Counted from the whole stretch's first letter, positions 40,229-52,590 are shown. The stretch: DNA of 63,417 bases, filler included, from Basidioascus undulatus (GCA_000826855.1; 10 parts of 10 records of this genome joined end to end with filler, not necessarily neighbours in it); one strand, 5' to 3'. Notes: generated by a model not told the origin, from the letters alone. Program-made: numbers and translations.

Positions 40229-41587
40229 GGGCGTGGCGTCTGCGGAGATGGGGTGGGTGCTGGGTGCGATGGTGGTGGTATGGGTATGGGTGGGAGAACG
40301 TCGTGTTTGCTGGGGGTAAGCTGTTGAAGGCGAACAAAGCGCGAGTGCGCGCAGCAGCGGATGGCGGACGTGGGGTAATGCGAAGCGGCGATTCTTGGCT
40401 GCGGGGGGGCTGTTGCGGAGCGTTGAAGGGGCAGGACGCGTGCGGCTAGAGCTGGAGGACCAGAGTATCGAGAATCCGGAGAGGGTATACGAGAGAATAG
40501 AGAAAAGAAGGTGAAGGTGGAGAGCGAAAGAAAGGAGAGCAGAGGAAAGGTACAATCTGGAGCATGCGCGTTCGACAGCAGCAGGTCCAGAATCCCAGAC
40601 AGCTTGTGGTGGCACGATATCGGCCCGAAGGCGTCCCCGATCAATTTGCCCTTCTCGCTTCACCCTCTTCTTCTTCATGCACCCTCTCCGTTCCTTCATT
40701 CCGCATCTACATGCACTCCGTTTTTCGTAGTAACCCCCGCTCATACGCAGTCCGTAGGCGCTTGCTCGCTCTCCTTACGCCACACCTTGCGAAGCTGGGA
40801 GAACTGCGAGGGCTTGCGCCTAGTACGTCGTTCCCTCAAACTCGTCGGCGCCCGGGGCGCAGGGGACGTGTCGCAGGTCCAGGACGGGAAACACGTCTGC
40901 CGAACGTTTCCAACTTGAATCCTGAACGGAAGGTCCAGTTTAGATCAAGCCAGGTTACAAACTCCTTCGTCATGCTTCTTCATTCGGTTGCCGAAGCTTT
41001 ATTTGTCTGTTCGATTGCAGTTCACGAGTTCGAGAGGCGGTCGAGAGATCTTCCTTGCCGACCGACCGACCGAGCACGTTGAGGCAACTGATCGGAGTGG
41101 AAGACGGAGCAAGGGTGACGTGGACGGATATCTGCGGAGGGAGATCGAAGTCGACGAAGGTGTATGTGACGCGTTGCTCGTTCCCCCGGACATGAGATGG
41201 GGTCGAGAGGTCGGGAGGCCGGGAGAGGAGTCGGGCGCCCGAAGGCCCTGGAAGCCAAGACGTTTCGATTCCAGTGAGTGAGTACGGCGGTCATGGAGCC
41301 GCGGGAGGAACGTTGCCGAAGTTGGCATGGAAGACCGGTAGAGTCCGTTATGAGGAGTTGGGAAGGAAGCCGGGGATGCGTGTGGACGTTGGTGGACTAT
41401 GCCGGTCTGTCGTCCCTCGTATACAGTGATTCGGCCAGACTTCGTGAGGCAACGCGCCCCGTGCTTAAACCACAGACATCTTTCCCTCTGTGCTTCTGTA
41501 ACAAGCTCGAGAGAATCATCTGTATCGCAGCCGCCCACCTCATCTCCACCCTCACGTCCAAGCCCGTGCGTGTCCCTCCATTCCCAC

Positions 41588-42275
41588 CTAGTCCTCCTTA
41601 TGAATCCCCAACTTCGCATGGATCGCCTTCACAGTCGTGCCCTCCATCGCGGCGCACTGCATTTCACACCCGCACCCCAACGCAGCCCATCCGCCTCAGC
41701 CATGCTCGCTCCCTCTCCGCGAAACGAGCCTGACAGAGAGCGCACCTTGCCCATCAGTACCTGCTCCTCCGCGTCAGCTTGATAGGACCACAGCCATGTT
41801 GGAAGGGACAGACCTGCGCGGCATCTTTCACTTCGTTATACTACCCCACTCCCTGCCGGATCAGCACCATATGTGTGGAGTGTACGACAGAGCGAGACTC
41901 GCCTCATGCAGCAACTTTATATGCTCCTGCACGATCGCGTCCGCGTCCTCCTCTCTGCCCTCCCCCATCCCCATCAAACCCTCTCAGCCCATCCCAACTA
42001 CCCTTCAAGACAAGACAGTAGCAGTACGACGCACCCCAGCTCCCCCTCCAGCTCCCCAATCGCCCTCTCAAGCTCCGCAATCCGCGCGCGCGCGTCCACG
42101 GGCGGCGCGGTCGAGAGGGGCTTCATCTGCGTGCGAGCACTCAGGCGCGATCAATGGGGCCTCCGCGATATGGGGTAAGATGGGAGGGAGAAGGGAGGGA
42201 GAGAAGTACGGGAGAGGATGACGACGAGGTCTTGGTGGTGCTGGTGAGGGTGGGAAGCTTGAAGGGGGAGGTCAT
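41588..42275 (-). CDS. SWI5: Swi5/Sae3 homologous-recombination mediator (6 exons; missed by ORF track)
   Basis: Exons 42275-42210, 42126-42035, 41954-41903, 41840-41814, 41760-41746 and 41656-41588 give ...RIAELERAIGELEGELGEEDADAIVQEHIKLLHEYNEVKDAAQVLMGKCAAMEGTTVKAIHAKLGIHKED*, carrying the HIxLLHxYNExKD signature. Confidence 0.92.
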
Positions 42276-42782
42276 GGTGGCATGGGGGGAGGGGCGGATG
42301 CGGGATGGGGAGGTCAACACGCGTCGGGGACGCGTCGGAATTTCGTGCCCCTGGACTGTCGTCTGGCTAGTTTTCTCTGGCTTGCTCCCGAGCGATTTTT
42401 GTGCTTCTCACCCTTCCCAATACTTCGGCTGTCTAAGGGAAACGAGGTGCCAGCTCGCATAGGTCAATGCCAGGTGCCGCCTCGGCGAAGCTGAGTGCCA
42501 GGCGCTAGGTAGAGTCGAGACACTCTGACAACAGAAGAGGCCTGGAAGAGCGGTGGTGAAGGTGTACAGCAAAAGGCACAATGAGAGAACGAGTTACGAG
42601 CATCTCCCTCACAGCAGGGCCGACAGTAATGCGAAGCAATGCTCTCCGTTCCCACCGACCTCATTCCCGCAGCCCAAAGGAAGTTCTATCCGGATTGTCT
42701 TTGTCTTCCTCCCACCCACCCTCCTCTTTCATCTCCCCACCTCTCTATTTCCTCCTTCCTTCTTCCTTCACCCAACCTCTCC

Positions 42783-43962
42783 TCAAACAGCAAGCAGCCC
42801 CTTCTCAACAAGGTACTGCGTGATAATGCGCACGCTCTCCTCGACGTTATGCTGGTCCGTCCGGATGTGCACCTCCGGCGCGGACGGCGCCTCGTACGGC
42901 GCGGAGATGCCGGTGAACTCTGCGGGAACGAGGGGAGGGGTTGAGCCGCAAGTGAGGGACGAAAGACGAGGGAAGATGAAAAAAAAAGCGGCGCGGGAAG
43001 GGGAGGACGGGAGAGGGAAAAAAGGCAGCGAGCGGGGAAAGGGGGAGAGGCAGGAAGGTGGATAGGAAGTCGACGCACCCTTGATCTCCCCCTTCCGCGC
43101 CTTGGCATACAGCCCCTTAGGGTCGCGCTTCTCGACGACCTCGAGCGGCGCATCAACGTAGACCTCGACGAACGGCAGCCCCTCCTTGTCGTGCAGCGCG
43201 CGCGCAAAGTCGCGGTCCTTCTTGTACGGCGAGATGAAGGACGTAAGCGTGATGATCGAGGCGTGCGCGAACAGCTTCGAGACCTCGCCGATGCGGCGGA
43301 TGTTCTCCCTGGGCGAGCCGGGCGAGTTAGAATCGTTTGGGGGATGCCAAAGGGAGATGTGGAAAGGAAAGAGAGGAGTTGAGGAAAGAGAGGGGGAAGG
43401 GGGAAGAAAGCGGGAAGTGGAAAGAGAAAGGGCAGGGAGAGAAGGAGGGGAAGGTAAGAGGGAGAAGGGAGACGCACTCGCGGTCCTTCTCCGAGAAGCC
43501 AAGGTCCTTGTTCAGGCCAAAGCGGATGTTGTCGCCGTCGAGGCGGTACGCGGCCTTGTGGAGGTGGAGGAGGTGCTGCTCGAGGGCGGTAGCGATGGTT
43601 GACTGCCAGATCACGTTTCCATGCGGTCCCGAGGTGGTCAGAGAGTGTGGGGGCGGGTGGAGAGAGGGAGGGGAGGAGAGGGGGCGGAGGGGACAGCGCA
43701 CCTTGCCGGACGCGGAGAGACCCGTGAGCCAGATGGTAAGGCCCTTCTGACCGAGGAGCTGCGAGCGCTCCTCGGTGGAGACGGCGCCTGTTCATAATAA
43801 AAATACCGGAACTTGCAGGACATGAGCAATGTACGGAAGGGGACAGGAAGGAGGGGGAGCAGGCGGACCCTCGTGGAAAGTCTATGGGTTGCAAACGAAT
43901 TTTCAGATTCGAAAAGAGCTGTGAAGCAGTGAATGAAGAGTACGCACGATGTTGGTGGCCAT
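42783..43962 (-). CDS. MET14: Adenylyl-sulfate (APS) kinase
   Basis: [42 protein letters not shown]...[19 protein letters not shown]...[13 protein letters not shown]...[28 protein letters not shown]; the first exons are 15 nt (43948-43962) and 13 nt (43869-43881). Confidence 0.97.
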
Positions 43963-44208
43963 TTCGATAAGGATACAGAAACGAGTGTGGGAATGGATGG
44001 ACCTAGGGGTGTTGAGGGAGGAAGACGAGCAGGCCAAGGTCGATCACGCCTTCCCCTTCGGTTGACTGGGCTTCTCTCACGCCATCCGTCCATCCGTCCT
44101 TCCAGCATCTCTCCGACATCCGTCCGCCCCTACGAGCCTCCCTCACCGATAGCAGGCAGCCAGACTTCCTCCTCACCAACTCCTCCATCTTTCATTATTC
44201 GACCGGCG

Positions 44209-47200
44209 ATGGCCTCGAGCGCGCACCGCCGAACAGTCCTCTGGGACCCGCTGTCCCCCGAGCAGCGCCCGCCCGACGCGCAGGGCCGGTTTGTCGTCGC
44301 GGGGCAGGATGTCCGGCTCTATCGCGAGCTGCAGGGCCCGGAGGAGCGTGGGCGGGTCGTGCTCGAGCATGGCATGACAGATGTGCCCCACGTCAAGGTG
44401 CGTGTACTCCTCCATAATCCACCACGATGATGGAAAGGAAGCCGGTCGTTCTGCTAAACACGTGAGGAGGGGGATGGCAGTCCATCGCCTGGTCCCCGCA
44501 CCCCTCGCACCCGACCCTCCTCGCCCTGGGTCTGACCACCGGCCAGACGCATCTCACCCACCTTTCGCCCTCCACAACGTCCGCGACGGCCCCGCCGACA
44601 CCCTCCGCAGTCCTCCCCGCGCGCGTCTCCCGCTCGGTCAACGACGTAGCCTTCTGCTCCCTCGACCCGTCCTACCTCTGCACAGGGCTCGACAAGGTCC
44701 GGTCGGACCACAGCCTCTTTGTGTGGGACGTCGAGTATGCCGCATCCTCACCCAAACCCACTGGGCGCCCCTTCTCCCGCCCCGAGCTCAGGCTCCCCGT
44801 CCGCGGCGCCCCTAGCACGGCAGCCGACCCGCGCCCTCTCGCCGCGTACGGGAGCGGCGAAGCGTGCACTTCCGCGCTCTTCCTCCCAGGCTCGACGCGC
44901 CTGCTCGTCGCCGCCCTCGCATACAAGACCGTGCGCCTATACGACCTGCGCGACGAGCGGCCCGCGCAGACGTGGCCGACCAAGGCCGTCTTTGGCGCGA
45001 CGGCCGATGCGCTCGAGGGTGGGCGGCGGTGGGCGACGCTCTCCGAGGACGGGATAGTCAAAGTCTGGGACTGGCGGAAACCGGGCGAGGCGGTGCTTTC
45101 GTTCTCGTCTGTGGACGCAGCGGCCAGCGGCGGCGTGGCTTCGACCACCCACCCGCGCTTCGCTGCTGCCCCCGCGCCTATACAGTCCATCGCTTTCTCG
45201 CCCAACCGCCGGGGCGTGCTCGCGACGCATGAGCGCGATGCGGCGGTAGTGCGCTTGTGGGACGTCACCGAGAGCCGCGTGGTAGACGATCGTGGCGCGG
45301 GTGCAGAGGCGGGGGGCACCGAGGACGGGTGGAGCAGGTGGAATTGGAATACGCCGAGCAGCGTGTTGGGCGGGACGAAGGTCCCCGAGCAGGCGGTTGG
45401 CTCGGCCGGCTCGGACGCGCACGAGGCGGACGAGCCCACCCCGCCCGTCCTCACCTCTGTGCGGCGGTGTAGGTCCTTCCAACATCCCCATCATCATCTG
45501 CACATGCTCATTCCTCGTCTTTGCAGCACCCCGCTTCCCCTCCCCCCTATCATCCTTCACCTTCGCCACTCCCCCGCCCTCATCCCCGCACACCACGCGC
45601 CTCCTCGGCGTGTCCCCCTCCGGCATCCTCACATTCACCTCCCTCCCGCCTCCGTCATTCCAGTCCTTCTCCCGCGCGTCGAACGACCTCGCCTTCGCCT
45701 CAGGAACGCACGTCCGTGTCCGATCTGCCGGATCCAGCGGTTCTGCCCCCTCCGCGCCTCTAGATTTGCGGCATCATCACCGCCGGGCGCCCTCCAAGCG
45801 AACAGGACAACCCGCCGTGGTGGCTACGTTTACTTCGTCATCTGACGATGATGACGAAGACCACTCGACCGCGCACCCTTCGTCTTCAGCAGACCGCCTC
45901 CCGCCCAACGCCCACCCATCTTACCTCTCCTCCTCAGCAAGCACCACCTCCTCCACCAACACCACCTCCGCGTCCTTCTCCCCCTCCGCGTCCACATCCA
46001 CCTACGCCCACTCGCCTGCGCACTCGCGCCCGCGCGGCAACCTCGCGTCCCAGCTGCGCGAGAGCGAGTCGGGCGAGGCGACTCCGCGGGCGATGAGCCT
46101 CAGCCGCGCGGCGGGCGTGCGGATGCGGGATGATGTGGGCGGGGGAGAGGAGGATGGGGAGAAGCTGGAGGGGCGGTTGGAGGAGCTGAGGCGGATTGCG
46201 AGGGAAGGGAGTGGAAGGGGCGCGAAGAGGGGCAGGCCAGAGATGGGCACGCTTATGCGGGAAAGGGCGATGAGGGGGTATGGGATGGACGTGAGTCGCG
46301 AGAGAGCGGTGCGGGAGATGGCATGGCTTATGGTGCTTTGGGTTGGCGTGGGCAGCCGAAGAAGAACGTCGAGATTGTGAGGCAGGATCCGGAATGGCAG
46401 GAGCGGCACGACGAGGTGTTAGCCGTATGGGAGTGGGTGGATCGTGCGTCCTCCACCCCTCTTCACATTCCCCGTCTTACGTCTCACCCTACTCTCCGTA
46501 CCCAGACTCCCTGCACCTCCCCTCCGCCCTGCCCACAGCCGGCAAGCCCGCCCCAGCGTCCTACGACTTCACCCTGTCCGGCCTTTCGCCAATCATATCC
46601 CGCACGCTCCCTCCCGTCCCGTCCACCTCGCCCCTCCCCCCGCGCCCAGACGCGTTCCAGCACGCCGTCGCCGCGCTGAACGCATGGCGGTGGGATGCCT
46701 CCCCGGTGGGCGCGCCCGGGCCGTGGCGGTGGGTCCGGTCGGCCAAGGTCGAGGAACGGCGACTGGGGCTTGCGGTTATCGGGCTTGAGGAGGACGAGGG
46801 GCGCGGGGAGGGCAAGGTTTTGAGACTGGAGAGCAGAGGGATGCACGCACGCGCGGCGGCGTCGTCGTTCTTCCTCGGTAACATCCCGCGCACGATCGTC
46901 TCCCTCAAGCGGTCCGAAGGTCCGTTCCCCACCCTTCTCTCCCTCCTCCTCCTTCTCTGCCATGCTTATCGCTTTACCCCGTAGTGGAGTCCCACCGCCT
47001 CCTATCGACCACGCTCCAGGCGTACCTCTCCCAGCCCGACCGCGGCTCGCCCGTCTGGCGCGACCTCTGCGCGAGCCTGAGCACCGGGCTCGAGGACCCG
47101 CACCTCCGCGCTATGCTCGCGTTCGTTGGCGCCGGAGGGGACTGGGAGGACGTCCTGGATGAGCCGGGACTGCCGCTCAAGGACCGGCTGGGGGTAGCGC

Positions 47201-47720
47201 TGAGGTTCTTGGAGGACGATAAGGTGCGTCTCCTGACCCTTGGCCTTTTCTCGGATACCGTCGTTTCGCACGGGCCAGGAAAGTACTGATTGATCGATGA
47301 TGGACGTAATGGACAGTTGATGGCGTACATCGCCGACCAAACGCGCTCCTGCATCCGCGACGGCGACCTGCAAGGCGTGCTCCTCCTCGGCCTCTCCCCC
47401 TCCTTCCTAGACCTGCTCGAGAAGCGCATAGACCGAACATCCGACCTCCAGACCGCCGCGCTCCTCTGCGCGTTCGCCCCAGGCGGGGCGGCGTCCGACC
47501 CGCGCGCCGCGCGCTGGATCGACCAGCTCCGAGCGCTCTACGACGGCTGGAAGATGTACGCCCACCGCATCGCGTTCGATATTGCGCGCGGAAGGATCCG
47601 CCGCGAGCGGGGCGCCGGGGGAGAGGGCGAGGCGGATCCGCTCGTGGGAGGGCTGGAGAAGCAGGTGTTTGTCAGGTGCGGGTTTTGCGGGAAGAGCATC
47701 GTGCATGCTGGGCGGGCGGA
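44209..47720 (+). CDS. SEA4: GATOR2/SEACAT WD40 subunit MIOS/Sea4 (3'-truncated)
   Basis: SIAWSPHP..LLALGLTTG, LCTGLDKVRSDHSLFVWDV, GTLMRERAMRGYGMD, LEDPHLRAMLAFV..GDW.DVLDE.GLPLKDRLGVALRFLED, DRTSDLQTAALL, and FVRCGFCGKSI at the start of the C-terminal Zn region. Confidence 0.9.
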
Positions 47721-47820
47721 NNNNNNNNNNNNNNNNNNNNNNNNNNNNNNNNNNNNNNNNNNNNTTAATTAATTAANNNNNNNNNNNNNNNNNNNNNNNN
47801 NNNNNNNNNNNNNNNNNNNN

Positions 47821-48648
47821 TTCTTCCCCCCGCCCTCCCTGCCACCCCTCACCGATCCGTACTACACCGCCCCGCCCATCGCGCTCCCGCACCTGCAGTC
47901 CATGCAGCACGAGCTCGCGGGCGCGAGCAGCGAGCTAGCGCGTCCGATCGTCACGGCCCGGCCGACGACGCAGCGCACGCGCCAGGCGAGCGAGCAGCGG
48001 AGGAAGGCGGTGGAGGACGGGAAGGAGAAGAAGCTGTTTAGGTGTGAGGTGCCCGGGTGCGGGTCGACGTTCACGAGGCAGTTCAACTGTGCGTCTTCCG
48101 CCCTGTCTCTTCTTCCCTTCCTTTTCGTCTGCTTGCGTCCCGGCCCTCTCCTGCTTTCTTCGTAGCATGACAAGAACTTGCCGCTTACATGCGAGGGAAT
48201 GCGCCAACAGTGAAAGGCCACATGCGCTCGCACACGAACGAGAAGCCCTTCAAGTGCTCCATCCTCGGCTGCAACAAGGCGTTCGCGCGCCAGCACGACC
48301 GCAAGCGGCACGAGGCGCTTCACAACGACGACAAGCCCTTCCGCTGCGGCGGGTGCGGCAAGACGTTTGCGCGCCTCGACGCGCTCGCTAGGCATCGTGC
48401 GTCCTGCTTTCTTCCTACCCCTCACCTTTATTCTGTCCCCTCCCTCCCTGCTTCCGCCTTGTTCGTGTTGTGTACGGCTGTCTTATTGGTGCCGGTTCTG
48501 GGATCTAGATAATCGCGATGCGGGCCAGGACTGCGCGCGCGCACACGAAACGATGATCCGCCGGACGTCAGAGGAGGGCGAGTCCTCGTCCGCGTCCGCA
48601 TCCGCCTCCGATAGCGCTGCGACGCCGAGCCGGGGCGTACTGCTCTGA
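47821..48648 (+). CDS. C2H2 zinc-finger transcription factor, Crz1-like fingers (5'-truncated)
   Basis: [78 protein letters not shown]. Confidence 0.88.
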
Positions 48649-49488
48649 TCTCCGCCCATCCACCTCATCTCTCCCTCTCCACCTTCGTACCCTTCCTTCG
48701 TCTGTCCCTTTCCTCTTCGCACTTCGCATTCCGCACTTCGCATCATGCCCCGGTGTCACTCCCCGTTCGTTTGCGCCCGATACCCCTTTCTCCCCTCCGC
48801 TTTCGATCTGCTTTCCTGTTACGAACATCAAAGAACACTTCGTCTCCCACTATGTGTCTGTGTCTTTCTAGTACTAGTACCCTTGTTTGTTCTAGTCTCG
48901 CAGTCGTCTTTGAACCAATCACGATTTCCACGATTCCCTTCCGGCTCGACGCGTCCCCTCTTGTACTCTTATGACTATTGGTGTCTTGGTTTTTCTCTTT
49001 CTGTGCACGTTCTCACCCTAATACTTTTGGACGTTCAGCTCGTCGTGCAGCGCAGTACGGTATACATGTTGTAACAGGCTCGAGCTCGTCGATATGCCAT
49101 GGCTGCTTGACGCTCACCAAAAGTTGCACCAGATCTGTAAGCCCTGCTAGCAACGTGAAATGGAGTGGCGTTTGCTGGGCGGGACTGCTTCAGGTGCTGG
49201 CGTGGCTGCTCGTCCGCGGCGGCAAACTGCCGACGCGGTACATCAGAAATATGTAAGAGAATGAATGGTGCGCATAGATGCCACGACGAGACGTTCAACA
49301 ATGTGGCCGCACGGCGGATTACAAGGGAACGTGCACGCAGTGGGAGCACATGGAAAGTAGTACAAGAACGGGCAGAACAAGAAAAGCAGACAAATAAAAC
49401 GGAGGATTTGGATAAGTGGAGAGGAAGCGCGGACAGAGGCAAAGAATGGCAAAGCCATGACAAGGTTGCGCGCTCGATCGCTCGTCGA

Positions 49489-49966
49489 TCAGATCTCGAG
49501 GCCGACGCAGATGTACTTGGGGTCGACCTCGAACGGCGGCTTGGTGACGATCGTGCCGCCGCAGTACATGAGCGAGTGGAGGAGAACGTCTGTAGACGCG
49601 CGCGGTGCCCACAGGGTAAGTATCGCTGTGCGTGAACGGAACGCGCTGTGGACAGTAAACGTACCAAGGTCAGGCTCGGAGCGCTTGAGGCAGATGACGA
49701 GCGCGGTGCAGTCGAGGCACTCCTCGGCGAGCTCCAGGACAGCGACGACGCTCTCGCGGAGGTCGACCGTCTCCCAGCCGCCCTTGCCCTTGCCGTCGGC
49801 GAGCTCAAGGAAGAGCGCGCGGCCCTCGTCGTCCTGACGGAGGACGGCGCCCTCCCACGCGCAGCCGAGCGCCTCGCTCGTGATGCTGACCGGCTCGGCG
49901 TCGCGGACGTCCGCGCCGGGGAAGATGCGGCTGAGGAACGCCGCGGATGTGGGCTGGTCAGCAGCG
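49489..49966 (-). CDS. OAZ1: Ornithine decarboxylase antizyme, C-terminal part (5'-truncated)
   Basis: AFLSRIFPG...WEGAVL...DLRESVVAVLELAEECLDCTALVICLKRSEPDL-DVLLHSLMYCGGTIVTKPPFEVDPKYICVGLEI*, matching the basidiomycete antizyme domain. Confidence 0.85.
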
Positions 49967-50099
49967 NNNNNNNNNNNNNNNNNNNNNNNNNNNNNNNNNN
50001 NNNNNNNNNNTTAATTAATTAANNNNNNNNNNNNNNNNNNNNNNNNNNNNNNNNNNNNNNNNNNNNAAGGAGGAGGGGAAGGGGGGGTGGGCAGCGTAC

Positions 50100-50885
50100 C
50101 TCCTGCTTCTTCAGCTCGTCGCTCGTCGGCTTCCCCATCTCCCTCTGGCGGTTGTCGTACTAGCCACCCCCACCTTGCATCAGCCCCGCTCTACTTTTCC
50201 CGCCCACCCAGAAGTGACGCACCATCATCTTCTCCACCATCGCCCTTGTCTCGCCGTCCAAGTCGCTGAGTTTGCTGTTCTCAGGGACGATCTTGGTCGT
50301 GTCGATCTTTGGCGCGCCCTCGATCACACACGGCCACCACTGCGCGCTCGAGACCTTCTCCACGTGCAAAGTGAACGTGTTCTGGTCCTCTGTTCTCGGT
50401 CCCTCACCCACATCAGCACATCCTCCCTCCCGTCTTCCTTGCTCATCGAGAGGGGGGAAAGGGGGGGGAGTGCGGGCAGACGCACCAACACTCCACGTCG
50501 AGTCCTCCTCCTTCACGTCCGCCCAGAACTTGCCCTCCACGAGCGGCGGCTGCCCCTTCAGCCCGACACGGAAGTCGCGCTTCTTGAGCGTCACGGCGAG
50601 GTCGCGCGCGCGCGTGCCTTGCGGGAGGGGGAGGGTCAGGTCGAGGTCGGAGATGGTCTGCGTCCAGCGGTAGGGGAGAGCTGTCGGAATGGGCCAAGAG
50701 GCCTTCAGCTGGAGCGCGGATGTTTGAGAGGGGATGAGGATGGGTGGACGGACGGACGCACCCTCCTGCTCGGACTTCTCCTTCGCTGCCCGCGCGGCCG
50801 CTTCCTCCTCCGTCAGCTCGCGCGGCGCAGGCTCGGTCGGGAGGGGCGGGTGCAGAGAGACCGTTTCGTCTTCGATGATGGCCAT
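50100..50885 (-). CDS. nudC: Nuclear movement protein NudC (CS domain; 3'-truncated)
   Basis: ALPYRWTQT...LPQGTRARDLAV...[59 protein letters not shown]. Confidence 0.95.
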
Positions 50886-51179
50886 GGTGAGTCGCGGTGA
50901 AGCGTGTGTAGCTGTTGGTGGTGAGCGAGGAAGATGGCGAAGAAGTGAGAAGGCCGGTGACGTACCGACACTCACGAAGTCGAGAACGCGTGCGCGGCAC
51001 CGCCTCAGGGGTTGAGCTCGTTCGTTCTGCTCTCACTACTCATCCACGCTCGTTCTTGTTGCTCAGATCCGCCTCACATTCTCTGGCGCGGTCCCGCGCT
51101 ATCAACCCGGCGCACGCTGTAATCACGGTCGCTCGCAACTCGCATTCGTCTCTTCATCTTACACTCCCCATTCATTGAG

Positions 51180-52144
51180 ATGTTCAACCACCGCCGCCGT
51201 CGATCATCCGCATCCTCATCTTCTTCGAGCTCGTCCTCGTCCTCGTCCTCGTACTCATCCTCGTCATCCTCGTCCTCATCATCCTCATCCTCCTCCTTCT
51301 CCACCGGCCCCCTCACCCTAACCTCCACCGCCCCCTCCCACTGGTCCTACACCGCCGAAGGCGGCGCAAACATCGTCTTCCGGTACACGGGTCCCCCCTC
51401 TCGCCTGTTCACAGGCACCGTCCTCCGCCTGCGCAAGTCCAAGCGCTCGACATCCATCTCCCCGCACACGGGGAACCTCGACCGTCCCTCCCGCTCTTCC
51501 TCCGCGGAAGAGGAGGAGGAGGAAGACCCGAGCATCGCGTTCTCCGCGCAGGTTGTAAGGCCGCTGCTGGGGAGGGGGCTCGTGCCCCCGTTGCGGAGCG
51601 TGAGGCTGGAGAGGGAGTGGGTGGGCGAGCTGGCGAGACGGGAGGAGGGGAGACGGCCTCAGGGACGGAGGAGGGAGGATGGAGTGGATGAGGAGAGGAA
51701 GTGCGGGGTGTTGACTACGGATTTGGTGGGGAAGTGGACGGAGGAGGAAGAGGTTCTGACGGTGGAGATCAAGGTCCGTCTATCCCTCCCTCCCGTCCCT
51801 CATCCCCCGCATTCTAACCCCCTCTTCCCACCAAACCTTGTTTCCCCGACGAACCCGCCCCCCAGCCGAAATGGGCCTTCCTCCCCTCCCCTCCTCACCT
51901 CTCCTCCTCCTCGCGCCCGTATAAAGCATCCCACAGCCGCACAACGATGCACCGCATCCTAAAGCACCCGGGGCTGTCCGCGGCGGACGCAAAGCGCGCG
52001 TACGACCCGCTCGACCTCTTCTCACGCGACCCGGCGCGCGTGCGCAAGGCGCTCGAGGACCTGTGGGACGGCTGGGTCGGGAGCGGCGGGGAGGCGAATA
52101 ATCTGAGGGTGTTCGTTGCGGGGAGGAGGGTGGAGCCGGGGGTG
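51180..52144 (+). CDS. IPK1: Inositol-pentakisphosphate 2-kinase (3'-truncated)
   Basis: WSYTAEGGANIVFRY, GTVLRLRK, VEIK|PKWAFLP, YDPLDLFS and NNLRVFVAG motifs; poly-Ser N-terminus. Confidence 0.9.
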
Positions 52145-52310
52145 GTGCGTTGTTCGTTTTTCTTCTTCTTGTTCTTCCTTCCCACCTTCCCCATCTTCTT
52201 TCTTCCTTCCNNNNNNNNNNNNNNNNNNNNNNNNNNNNNNNNNNNNNNNNNNNNTTAATTAATTAANNNNNNNNNNNNNNNNNNNNNNNNNNNNNNNNNN
52301 NNNNNNNNNN

Positions 52311-52590
52311 CACTCCGAACAGGAGGAACGCCGTGAACGCGCTCCGCGCGTAGGACGAGATGAGCTGCGGGAGGTCGTGCGCGGAGGGGGACATCTCGTC
52401 ATCCATTTTAGTGTCCTCGTTGTCGGAGGCTGAGCCCGGCGTCGTGTCCTCGGCGGAGAGGTGTGCGCGTTTCCGAACGTCGCCTGTCGGCGCCAACGTG
52501 CCGCAAAGCAATCAGCAAGACTTGGACCACCGCCGGTATGCCGGTCGGATTCTACTCACCAGGAGCAGTGCTGGGCCGCTTAGCGCTCAT
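52311..52590 (-). CDS. Hypothetical protein, 5' end only
   Basis: ATG at 52590; exon 1 MSAKRPSTAP with a GTGAGT donor splices in frame to GDVRKRAHLSAEDTTPG...; runs into the contig end. Confidence 0.5.

Noticed and set aside
20720..50885. NudE and NudC in the same window as a dynein-pathway cluster
   Set aside because: They lie on different, unlinked contigs
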